64,000 nt of DNA. Origin: Actinomycetota bacterium. GTDB taxonomy: Bacteria > Actinomycetota > Acidimicrobiia > Acidimicrobiales > Aldehydirespiratoraceae. The notes under the pieces were generated by a model. That model worked only from the letters and a program-made list of their open reading frames with translations. It was not told the DNA's origin and made no database searches. This document shows, in pieces, positions 17,910-26,317 of this stretch. The stretch is taken from contig JBCCWI010000009.1 of the NCBI GenBank assembly GCA_039193795.1, positions 1,462 through 65,461 of the forward strand, read 5' to 3'. The position numbers and the translations under genes were made by a program. Numbering within the stretch: position 1 is the stretch's first letter; every line of letters begins with the position of its first letter.

Positions 17910-19070
17910 ATGGACTTCTCGCCGGACCCCGACCACGCGCTGATCGTCGACGCGGTCGATGCGGTGTGTGCGCAGTACGACGACACCTACTGGGCCGAGC
18001 GCGACGAGCAGCACGAATTTCCGTGGGACTTCTACCGCGACATGGCCGACGGCGGCTGGGTCGGTATCACCATCCCGGAGGCCTATGGCGGCGGCGGGCG
18101 GGGCATCGCCGAGGCCGCGCTCGTCCTCAACCGGGTGGCGGCCTCGGGGGCGGCGATGAACGGATCGACCGCTCTCCATCTCACGATGTTCGGCCTCAAT
18201 CCGGTCGTGAAGTTCGGCAACGACCGCCTGAAGGACACGTTCTTGCCCCGGGCGGCTTCGGGCGACCTGCACGTGGCGTTCGGCGTCACCGAGCCTGACG
18301 CCGGCACCGACACGAGCCGCATCGTGACGAGGGCGGCCGAGGACGGCATGGGCGGCTGGATCGTCAACGGGCGGAAGATCTGGTCGAGCAAGGCGCTCGA
18401 ATCCGAGGTGTGTCTCCTGCTCGCCCGTACCGACGGCGACCCGGGAACGTTCAACGGCTTGACCCTCTTCCTCGTCGACCTCGATCCCGACCACTGCGAG
18501 ATCGCACCGATCCCGAAGGTCGGCCGCAATGCGGTCGCCTCGTGCGAGGTCGCCTACGACGACCTGCCGGTCGAGGGATGGCGCATGGTCGGCGAACGGG
18601 GCCGCGGCTTCCACCACATCCTGCACGGCCTGAACCCGGAGCGGATCCTGCTCGCCGGAATGGCGTGTGGCATCGGCGAGGCCGCGCTCCGGCGAGCCAC
18701 CGCCTACGCCAACGAGCGCGAGGTCTTCGGTCGACTGATCGGCGCCAACCAGGCGATCTCCCATCCGCTCGCCAAGGCCCACATGGAACTCAACGCGGCG
18801 ATGACGATGATGCTGCGCGCCGCGTGGCACTACGACAACGGGCTCGAGTGCGGCGAGCTCGCCAACACCGCCAAGTACCTCGCGGCGGAGGCATCGTTCT
18901 TCGCTGCCGACCAGGCCATGCAGACCCACGGTGGCCTCGGCTACGCGAGCGAGTACCACGTCGAGCGGTACTGGCGCGAGGCGCGCCTGCAGCGCATCGC
19001 GCCGGTGAGTCAGGAGATGACGCTCAACTACATCGCGCAGAACGTCATGGGACTGCCGCGGAGCTACTGA
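17910..19070 (+). CDS. Acyl-CoA dehydrogenase
   Basis: 386 aa covering ACAD N, middle and C domains (FGVTEPDAGTD, QTHGGLGY). Confidence 0.9.
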   Translation: MDFSPDPDHALIVDAVDAVCAQYDDTYWAERDEQHEFPWDFYRDMADGGWVGITIPEAYGGGGRGIAEAALVLNRVAASGAAMNGSTALHLTMFGLNPVVKFGNDRLKDTFLPRAASGDLHVAFGVTEPDAGTDTSRIVTRAAEDGMGGWIVNGRKIWSSKALESEVCLLLARTDGDPGTFNGLTLFLVDLDPDHCEIAPIPKVGRNAVASCEVAYDDLPVEGWRMVGERGRGFHHILHGLNPERILLAGMACGIGEAALRRATAYANEREVFGRLIGANQAISHPLAKAHMELNAAMTMMLRAAWHYDNGLECGELANTAKYLAAEASFFAADQAMQTHGGLGYASEYHVERYWREARLQRIAPVSQEMTLNYIAQNVMGLPRSY

Positions 19071-19237
19071 TGGCCGGCGACACTCCCGTCATCTACGTGT
19101 ACCTGGTGATGATCGAGCAGGGCGCGGAGCGTCGGTTCGAGGAGGTCGAGGCGCCCGACATCGAGACCGCGGCCGCGATCGCCGACGGCATCGTCGTCGC
19201 CATGCGCGGCGTCGCCTACCGGCCCCGCCCGCGCTGA
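19070..19237 (+). CDS. Small hypothetical protein (55 aa)
   Basis: MAGDTPVIYVYLVMIEQGAERRF.... The ATG overlaps the ACAD stop (TGATG) and third codon positions are G/C-rich. Confidence 0.35.
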   Translation: MAGDTPVIYVYLVMIEQGAERRFEEVEAPDIETAAAIADGIVVAMRGVAYRPRPR

Positions 19238-19246
19238 ACGACGCAC

Positions 19247-19765
19247 TCAGTCGGCGGTGTCGCCGTCGATCGCTTCGCGGATCAGGTCGGCGTGCCCGCA
19301 GTGGCGGGCGTACTCCTCGATCATGTGCACGAGGATCCAGCGCAGACTCCAGTGCTCCCCGGCCCGTGTCGTGCGGACCGTTCGCTGGTCGAGCGACGAC
19401 GCCGCGATCCGCGCGTCGGCATCGGCGATCGCCTCGTGCAGCACCTCGGTCGCGTCGTCGAACGACATCCCGTGCGAGAGCGTCATCTCGGCGTCGGGGT
19501 CGGCGTCGAAGTCGAGCGCCGCGAAGCGGGGAGCCGGAGCTTCACCGTCGAGGCGGACCCGGAACCAGATGTCCTCGACGAAGGCCATGTGGGTGATCAG
19601 TCGGCCGAGGGTGAGCCCGGAGTCGGTCAGAGGGCGCTGGAGTTCGTCGGCGTCGAGCCCGCGGGCCCGGTCGAGGAACTCGTTGCGGTAAAAGGTCAAG
19701 AAGGCGAGCAGCATCGTGCGCTCGTCGCCTTCGAGCGGAATCTGGGTCCACGGTGGCGCGGTCAT
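19247..19765 (-). CDS. DinB superfamily protein (DUF664-like)
   Basis: 172 aa with LITHMAFVEDIWF and ILVHMIEEYARHCGHADLIRE motifs. Confidence 0.8.
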   Translation of the reverse strand: MTAPPWTQIPLEGDERTMLLAFLTFYRNEFLDRARGLDADELQRPLTDSGLTLGRLITHMAFVEDIWFRVRLDGEAPAPRFAALDFDADPDAEMTLSHGMSFDDATEVLHEAIADADARIAASSLDQRTVRTTRAGEHWSLRWILVHMIEEYARHCGHADLIREAIDGDTAD

Positions 19766-19850
19766 CGTCCGCGATCCGCTGCGCCGAATCGTGCCATGGC
19801 GGCAACGATGGCACGGATCCCGCCGGCGGTCCCCGATTTCGCGGGGCCGG

Positions 19851-21077
19851 TCACCACTCGACGGGCAGTTCCTCCAGACCGAGGACGAAGTTCCCGACCC
19901 GCTCCGGCCGCTTCTCCTGCGGACCCGACAGGCGGATCTCGGGGAGCCGATCGAGGACCTCCTCGAACAACACCTTCAGTTCGAGGCGAGCGAGGTTCGC
20001 ACCGAGGCAGAAGTGGCGGCCGTTGGCCCCGAACGCCTGGTGTTTGTTGGGGGTCCGGGTGATGTCGAACTCGTGGGCGCTGGGGCCGAAGTGCTCCTCG
20101 TCTCGGTTGCCCGACAGGTAGAGCAGGAGGGTGCGATCGCCGGCGAGGATCGGCTGCCCACCGATCTCGACATCGACGGTCGCGACGCGGTTCATGTTCC
20201 GCACCGGCGTGACCCAGCGCAGCATCTCCTCGATCGCCCCGGGCAGCAGCGACCGGTCGGCCTGCACCGCCTCGAACTGCTCGGGATGCAACAGCAACGC
20301 CTCGAGCCCGCCCGACATGACGTGCCGGGTCGTCTCGTCGCCGCCGACGAGGATGAGCATCGTCTCGTAGATGAGATCTTCGGTCGACATGGGTTCGCCG
20401 TCGGGGTACATGAGCAGCGAGATGAGATCCTCGGCTTCAGGATCGGTGCGTGAACCCATCTCGGTGACGATGTAGGTGACCCACTCCATCACCGCCTCGA
20501 CCACCTGATCGCGGAATTCCTCGTCGACCCCGCCGGTGGCGAAGAGGTCCGACCAATGCAGGAGCTTGTCCTCGTCGGCCAGCGGAAGCCCCATGAGGGT
20601 TGCGATCATGCGGAGCGGGATCGACTTGGCGATGTCGTTGACGAAGTCGCAGCGACCCTGGTCGATCACCCCGTCGATCAACTCGGTGACGGTCTCGCGC
20701 AGGAAGTCCTCGTGCCCGGCGACCCGGCGGGGCGTGAAGCCCGAGGAGACCAGCCGACGCCGGCGGGTGTGATCTGGAGGATCGGCGTTGATCATCGACG
20801 GCACCGACGACTCCGGTCGCGAGCCCTTCCCGGAACAGAAGGTCTCGTGGTCGGCCTCGATGCGCTGGATGTCGGCGTGGCGGGTGATGGCCCAGAGCCC
20901 GGTCGTGTCGTCCCAGTAGACCGGCGCATGCGCACGCATCCAGGCCATGCGCTCGAAGGGATCCGCGTTGAAGTCGAGCGACATGACGACACAGTCGTCG
21001 CGGGTCGGATGCTCCGGGGTGCGATGGACGATCGTCGACGTGTCGAAGCGGTAGTCGTCCAGGGGGCTGTCGCTCAT
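19851..21077 (-). CDS. Cytochrome P450
   Basis: 408 aa with an FGANGRHFCLGANLA heme-thiolate loop and an EMLRW (ExxR) motif. Confidence 0.9.
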   Translation of the reverse strand: MSDSPLDDYRFDTSTIVHRTPEHPTRDDCVVMSLDFNADPFERMAWMRAHAPVYWDDTTGLWAITRHADIQRIEADHETFCSGKGSRPESSVPSMINADPPDHTRRRRLVSSGFTPRRVAGHEDFLRETVTELIDGVIDQGRCDFVNDIAKSIPLRMIATLMGLPLADEDKLLHWSDLFATGGVDEEFRDQVVEAVMEWVTYIVTEMGSRTDPEAEDLISLLMYPDGEPMSTEDLIYETMLILVGGDETTRHVMSGGLEALLLHPEQFEAVQADRSLLPGAIEEMLRWVTPVRNMNRVATVDVEIGGQPILAGDRTLLLYLSGNRDEEHFGPSAHEFDITRTPNKHQAFGANGRHFCLGANLARLELKVLFEEVLDRLPEIRLSGPQEKRPERVGNFVLGLEELPVEW

Positions 21078-21091
21078 GGCCGACGAGTCTG

Positions 21092-22204
21092 TCAGGGGCG
21101 CGGTTCTCGAGGAAGTCCGAGCACCCGCTCACCGAGGATGTTGCGCATGATGTCGCTCGTGCCGCCCATGATCGTGTAGGCCGGGGCGTAGGCGATCGCC
21201 TTGGCCAGCGACGCATCGGCCACCGCCTCCATGCCGAGCACCTGGGCCGCGAAGTCGGCCACCGCGATCTCGTGTTCGGTGCAGAAGCACTTCGTCGCCG
21301 CCGAGAACCCGGCCGGCGCCTGCTTCGTGGCCTCCCGGTACACGAGGATGCGGCCGAGTCGGTAGCCGGTCTCGAGTCGAGCGATCTGCTGGCGGATCTT
21401 CGGATCGGTGGTGTCGGCGGCCGCGACGGCGCGGTCGAACAGCGGCCTGTTCGAGACGAGTCGATCGATGCCGCCCCGCTCGTGCTCGAGCTGCGCCATC
21501 GTCTGCTTGAAGGCGTTGCCCTCGACCCCGACCAGGTTCTCGACCGGGACCCGCACGTCGTCGAAGAACACCTCGCAGAAGTGCTGGTTGGTCGTCATGT
21601 CCTTGATCGGACGGATCTCGATGCCGGGGAGGTCCATCGGCACGATCAACTCACTCACGCCCTTGTGGGGCGGCCCGTCCGACGACGTGCGACAGATCAG
21701 ATAGCAGTAGTCAGCCATGGCCGCGAAGGACGTCCAGATCTTCTGCCCGTTGACCACGAAGACATCGCCGTCGCGCTCGGCGGCGGTCTTCAACCCGGCG
21801 AGATCGGAACCCGCGTCGGGTTCGGACATGCCGATGCACCAGGTGGTCTCGCCGCTCAGCATCCCGGGGAGGAACTCCGCCTGCTGATCCTCGGTGCCAT
21901 AGGTGAACAGCGCGGGACCCATCTGGCGGTCGGCGAACCAGCTCGCAGCGATCGGTGCCCCGACCGAGATCATCTCCTCGCCCATGATGATCCGGGCGAG
22001 ATTCGAGTGTCCGCCACCGCCGAACTCGGTGGGCCAGGTCATGCCGATCCAGCCCTCCTCGGCGAGACGCTGGCTGAACTCCTTCGAGTAGCCGTTGATC
22101 CAGGAGTCGGTGTGCGCGCCGAACTCCGCCACCCCCTCGGCCGCGACCTTGCGGGCACGCAGCTGGAGTTCCTGCAGCTCGGGGGCGAGTTCGAAGTCCA
22201 ACAT
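21092..22204 (-). CDS. Acyl-CoA dehydrogenase
   Basis: 370 aa with ACAD domains (IGMSEPDAGSD). Confidence 0.9.
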   Translation of the reverse strand: MLDFELAPELQELQLRARKVAAEGVAEFGAHTDSWINGYSKEFSQRLAEEGWIGMTWPTEFGGGGHSNLARIIMGEEMISVGAPIAASWFADRQMGPALFTYGTEDQQAEFLPGMLSGETTWCIGMSEPDAGSDLAGLKTAAERDGDVFVVNGQKIWTSFAAMADYCYLICRTSSDGPPHKGVSELIVPMDLPGIEIRPIKDMTTNQHFCEVFFDDVRVPVENLVGVEGNAFKQTMAQLEHERGGIDRLVSNRPLFDRAVAAADTTDPKIRQQIARLETGYRLGRILVYREATKQAPAGFSAATKCFCTEHEIAVADFAAQVLGMEAVADASLAKAIAYAPAYTIMGGTSDIMRNILGERVLGLPREPRP

Positions 22205-22321
22205 CGGGATACCTCCGTGGATAGACGGTAGCGACTCGCTCCGGGCGGCGACTCATCCAGCGACAGGATCACCGACACCGTGCCGGCCCGACCCGATGAC
22301 CGGCGCGATCTAGGCTGCGGC

Positions 22322-22903
22322 ATGGCCGAAGCGAAGGGCACCAACGCGAGGGGCCGGGCCACCAAATCCCACCTCGAGATCACTGCGTTGCGCCTCTTCC
22401 TCCGGGAGGGCTACGAGGAGACCACCGTCGAGCGGATCGCCGAGGCGGCCGATGTCTCGGTGCGCACCTTCTTCCACCACTTCCCCAACAAACTCGACGT
22501 GCTGTGGGGCGATGCCGTCGAGGAGATGGAGGCGTTCGCACAGCAGCTGCGCGCCCGACCCGAACCCGACGTGTCGAGTGCGCTCGCCGCCGCGATCGTC
22601 GAGTACGCCGACGGCTACGAGTACGGCGAGGCAGACCTCCTGCGATTCCGGATCATTCACGAGTCGGACCTCTATGCAGAGCAGACCGCGCTCTACGACG
22701 GGCAGTTCCGCCAGATGTTGGGACGATGGCTGTCGGAGCGGACCGGTCGCGACCCCGACGACTTCCGGCTCGCCGCCGCCGCCGCGGTCTTCGAGGCTCT
22801 GCGGCAGTTGGTGGTGTCGACCTGGGCGGCGTCGGGTGGCGAGGCCGATGTCGGCGAACTGGCGAGCATCGCGCTCGCCACCGTGCGCCTCGACCTCGAC
22901 TGA
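22322..22903 (+). CDS. TetR family transcriptional regulator
   Basis: ATG at 22322. The N-terminal HTH reads ITALRLFLREGYEETTVERIAEAADVSVRTFFHHF. Divergent from the ACAD/P450 genes. Confidence 0.85.
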   Translation: MAEAKGTNARGRATKSHLEITALRLFLREGYEETTVERIAEAADVSVRTFFHHFPNKLDVLWGDAVEEMEAFAQQLRARPEPDVSSALAAAIVEYADGYEYGEADLLRFRIIHESDLYAEQTALYDGQFRQMLGRWLSERTGRDPDDFRLAAAAAVFEALRQLVVSTWAASGGEADVGELASIALATVRLDLD

Positions 22904-22969
22904 ACCTCCCGAGTGACATCGGACACGCGTGCATCCACCGGACGCCCCCGCTCCGTTGTCTCGATCACA

Positions 22970-23521
22970 ATGGCCTCGACGCGGCTGACCCCACCGGTTC
23001 CCCTCCCCCACGTGGTGCTGGGTCAGCCCGTCGACGGCCTTCACATCGCACCCGGCTCCACGCTCGGCGAGGTGCTCGGCACCGGGCCCACGCTGCTGGT
23101 GTTCCTCCGCCACCACGGTTGACTGTTCCCGCGGGAACTGGTCGGCGAGTTCGCCGCCATCGCCGACGACCCGAGCTACCCACGCGTCGTCTACGTCCAT
23201 CAGGGTCTCCTCGCCGACGACCGCACCTGGTTCCCCGTCGACAACCCGGACGTGATCGCGATCGATGACGCCGACGGCGACCTGTACCGAGCGCTGACCG
23301 TTCGCCGGGGCGGGCTCCGTGCCATGTTCGGGCTGCGCGCATGGGTCCGCGGCGTCGTCGCGTTCGTGCGCGGCCACCGGATCGGCCGCAAGGTGGGTGA
23401 CGGCTGGACGTTGCCCACCGTCATCGCCGTCGAGGACGGCAGCGTCGTGTGGCGCCACGACGGCGAACACGCCGGCGACCATCCCGACGTGGGCGACATT
23501 CCGCTCGCGATGAGAGACTGA
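22970..23521 (+). CDS. Peroxiredoxin-like thioredoxin-fold protein (AhpC/TSA_2, PRXL2-type); candidate selenoprotein with in-frame TGA at 23120..23122
   Basis: ORFs 22913..23122 and 23252..23521 are in the same frame, separated only by one TGA. The joined product reads ...PTLLVFLRHHG-U-LFPRELVGEF..., matching the family R[RH]xGCxxCRE redox motif with the TGA at the first Cys. The downstream 133 codons stay open with G/C-rich third positions. Confidence 0.55.
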
Positions 23522-23525
23522 CGCC

Positions 23526-24266
23526 GTGAGCGACATCCACGTGGTCGCCGTGCACGGCAACGGCGGCGGCTCGACCCGCTTCGACCGGCTCGGCGACCGG
23601 CTGGGCGATCGTGTCCGGCTCACCGCGATCGACCTGCCCGGATTCAACGGCGTGCCGCTCGACCCGATCGTCGACTCGGTGCCCACGTATGCCGATCGAC
23701 TGGCGGACCTGCTCCCCGACGACCGACCGGTCGTCGTCCTCGGGCACGGCATCGGCGGCTCGATCGCCCTCGACCTCGTCAGCCGCAGGCCCGAGACCGT
23801 CGACGGACTCGTCTTGCATGCCCCGGTCGGGGCACACCTCGACTCCCGACTGTTCCCGAAGCTGATGTCGCCACCGGTCGTTCGACGCTTCGTGCGTCGG
23901 GCGATCAGCGCCCGACCGCTTCGCGGCGTGCTCCACAACCGGTTCTTCCCCACGGGCGTACCGGAGCCACACCGGGCCCGGTTTTTCGAGGGCTACCGGT
24001 CCTGCGAAGCCTTCGGTCTGATGTTCGACATCATCGACGCCCCGTGGTTCGACGGGTTGACGCCGATCGGCGACGTGCCGACCCGCCTGCTCTGGGGGTC
24101 GGGCGATCGCGTACTCGACGCCGAGCACACCGCGTCGTTCCAGGAGAAGGCACCGTCGGCCGCGGTCGAGATCATCGACGGCTGGGACCATTTCCCGATG
24201 CTCGAGCAACCCGACGAGTACGGCGAGGTGATCGCCCGCATCGCCGAAGAACTCATCGATGGGTGA
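23526..24266 (+). CDS. Alpha/beta-hydrolase-fold protein with atypical nucleophile elbow
   Basis: 246 aa, GTG start. VAVHGNGGG oxyanion region. The elbow reads VLGHGIGGSIAL, with Gly where the GHSxGG serine is expected. Confidence 0.75.
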   Translation: MSDIHVVAVHGNGGGSTRFDRLGDRLGDRVRLTAIDLPGFNGVPLDPIVDSVPTYADRLADLLPDDRPVVVLGHGIGGSIALDLVSRRPETVDGLVLHAPVGAHLDSRLFPKLMSPPVVRRFVRRAISARPLRGVLHNRFFPTGVPEPHRARFFEGYRSCEAFGLMFDIIDAPWFDGLTPIGDVPTRLLWGSGDRVLDAEHTASFQEKAPSAAVEIIDGWDHFPMLEQPDEYGEVIARIAEELIDG

Positions 24267-26316
24267 TCCGGCCGCCCTCGTCCTGGGCGCCGGCGGCTTC
24301 GAGGCCCACGGCGTCCCGGCGAAGGCCGCCCTCCTCGACCGAGCTCGGCGCGCTGGGCTCCAGGTCCCCGACGGCATGGTGGCGCTCGACGGCGGAGACG
24401 CCGAGACCGCCGCGACCCATGCGCCGGCCGCCACCTCGTTCGCGGTGCGTTCGGCCTTCGGCGCCGAGGACGGCGCAGCGTCGAGCCGCGCCGGATGGTT
24501 CGAGACCGAGCTTCGGGTGCCGCGCGCCGATCTCGCCGACTCGATCGAGCGGGTGCGTTCGTCGCGCAACCGCGTCGACGACGCAATCCGGGCCGATGTG
24601 CTCGTGATGGCGATGGTCGACGCACAGCACGCCGGAGTCGCCTTCACCGAACCCGACACCTACGACGACATCGTCAACACGGTCACCGGCACGGCCGAGG
24701 GTCTCGTCGCAGGAGACGAGGCGGGTGACCGACTGCTCCTCCCCCGCATCGAGACGCCCGACCAACCATGGGCCCGGCGTCTGCGCGACCTGCTCGCTCG
24801 GGTTCGCCACGAGTTCGGCGATCGACCGTGGGACATCGAGTGGGCCGATGACGGCCAGCGGTGCTGGCTGGTGCAGATCCGCCCGATCACCGCACCTCCA
24901 CGCCGCCAGGAGTTCCTCACCCTGGCGAACCACGCCGAGACCCTCCCGGACCTTCCCTCGACCCTCATGACGTCGGTGATCGCCGAGGCCGGGCCAGAGC
25001 TCTTCGGCTGGTACCGGCGCTTCGACCCGAGTCTGCCGGCCGATCGTCCCTTCCTGGTCGTGCGCGGCGGCCGTCCGCTCATCAACCTGACCCTCCTCGA
25101 GGACATGCTCCGCCACCTCGGGCTGCCCACCGGTCTGGTCGCCGACAGCATCGGTGGCGACGCAGCCGTCCGGCGACCCGCCAACCTGCGGCGCCTGATG
25201 CGCAAGCTCCCCGTGCTCGTCCGGATGGGCCTGGCTCAACTCGGTGCCGTCGCCGACTCGAAGCGGATCCGGCGCCGGTTCGTCGACCTGCCCGGAGGCA
25301 GGGACACCTTCGCCGCCGCCCTCGACGACCTGCACGAGGCCTATGTGCGGCTCGTCACCGGCATGTTCCCGCTCTCGAGCGGCATCGGGCCGCCCCTGTC
25401 GATCCTGCGGCGGGTCGGCACGCTCGACGAGCACGCCGCCCGACACCGCACGATCACCACCGAGATGGCGGCGGAGATGGCCGCGATCGGTCACGATGCG
25501 GCCCGCCGCGACGAGTTCCTCTCCCGGTTCGGGCATCGGGGGGTGTACGAGAGCGATGTCGCCCGACCCCGCTACGCCGAGCGTCCCGAACTCCTCGCCG
25601 GTGCGGCGAGCGCCGACAGCGAGCGACGACGGCCGCGGCGGACGATCCGCGGCGTGCTGACCTGGCCGATCTGGGCCGCGGCCAGCCGGCCGATGGCGGC
25701 ACGGGAGTTGCTGCGCCACGACGCGATGCGGGCCTTCACCGCGGTGCGCCACGACCTCGCGCGGCTCGCGGGCGCGGCCGTCGCCGACGGCCGACTGCGA
25801 TCGGTCGACGATGTGTGGCTGCTCGAGGCCCACGAAGCACGAGCGCTCGACGACGGCTGGGCACCCGACGCCGGGTTCTGGACCGAACGCGAGGACCACC
25901 GCCGCGACCTCGCCGAGCTGGTCGTCCCGACGACGGTCGCCGCCGATCTGGATCCGGCGGCCTGGAGCAGCGTCGGGGTCGATCCGGGCGACGCCATCGT
26001 CGGCATGGGCCTGACCTCGGGTGTCGTGACCGGCCGTGCGTGGGTTCTCGACGAGCCGTCCGCCGAGCCGCCACCCCACGCCGACGAGCCGGTCGTGCTG
26101 GTCGCCCGGTCGATCGACGCCGGCTGGATCGCCACCATGGCCGCCGCCGACGCGGTCGTCGCCGAGATCGGCGGCGACCTCTCCCACGGCTCGATCCTCA
26201 TCCGCGAGTTGGGGCTTCCCGCCGTCACCAACGCCCGCGGCGTCACCCGCGCGTTCACGACCGGCGAACGCGTCACGGTCGACGCGACCACCGGCCGGGT
26301 CGCACCGGCCGAGTGA
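24259..26316 (+). CDS. PEP-utilising enzyme family protein (ATP-grasp PPDK_N domain plus swivelling phosphohistidine domain)
   Basis: 685 aa. N-terminal KAALLDRARRAGLQVPDG...FAVRSAFGAEDG and C-terminal AEIGGDLSHGSILIRELGLPAV. Overlaps the previous gene by 8 nt. Confidence 0.8.
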   Translation: MGDPAALVLGAGGFEAHGVPAKAALLDRARRAGLQVPDGMVALDGGDAETAATHAPAATSFAVRSAFGAEDGAASSRAGWFETELRVPRADLADSIERVRSSRNRVDDAIRADVLVMAMVDAQHAGVAFTEPDTYDDIVNTVTGTAEGLVAGDEAGDRLLLPRIETPDQPWARRLRDLLARVRHEFGDRPWDIEWADDGQRCWLVQIRPITAPPRRQEFLTLANHAETLPDLPSTLMTSVIAEAGPELFGWYRRFDPSLPADRPFLVVRGGRPLINLTLLEDMLRHLGLPTGLVADSIGGDAAVRRPANLRRLMRKLPVLVRMGLAQLGAVADSKRIRRRFVDLPGGRDTFAAALDDLHEAYVRLVTGMFPLSSGIGPPLSILRRVGTLDEHAARHRTITTEMAAEMAAIGHDAARRDEFLSRFGHRGVYESDVARPRYAERPELLAGAASADSERRRPRRTIRGVLTWPIWAAASRPMAARELLRHDAMRAFTAVRHDLARLAGAAVADGRLRSVDDVWLLEAHEARALDDGWAPDAGFWTEREDHRRDLAELVVPTTVAADLDPAAWSSVGVDPGDAIVGMGLTSGVVTGRAWVLDEPSAEPPPHADEPVVLVARSIDAGWIATMAAADAVVAEIGGDLSHGSILIRELGLPAVTNARGVTRAFTTGERVTVDATTGRVAPAE

Positions 26317-26317
26317 A

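Noticed and set aside
23120-23122. Global reassignment of TGA (genetic code 4/25-like) as the explanation for the two in-frame TGAs
   Set aside because: TGA clearly terminates many well-defined genes in this window, for example all the ATGA/GTGA overlap junctions. Only site-specific recoding (Sec) or pseudogenisation is plausible.
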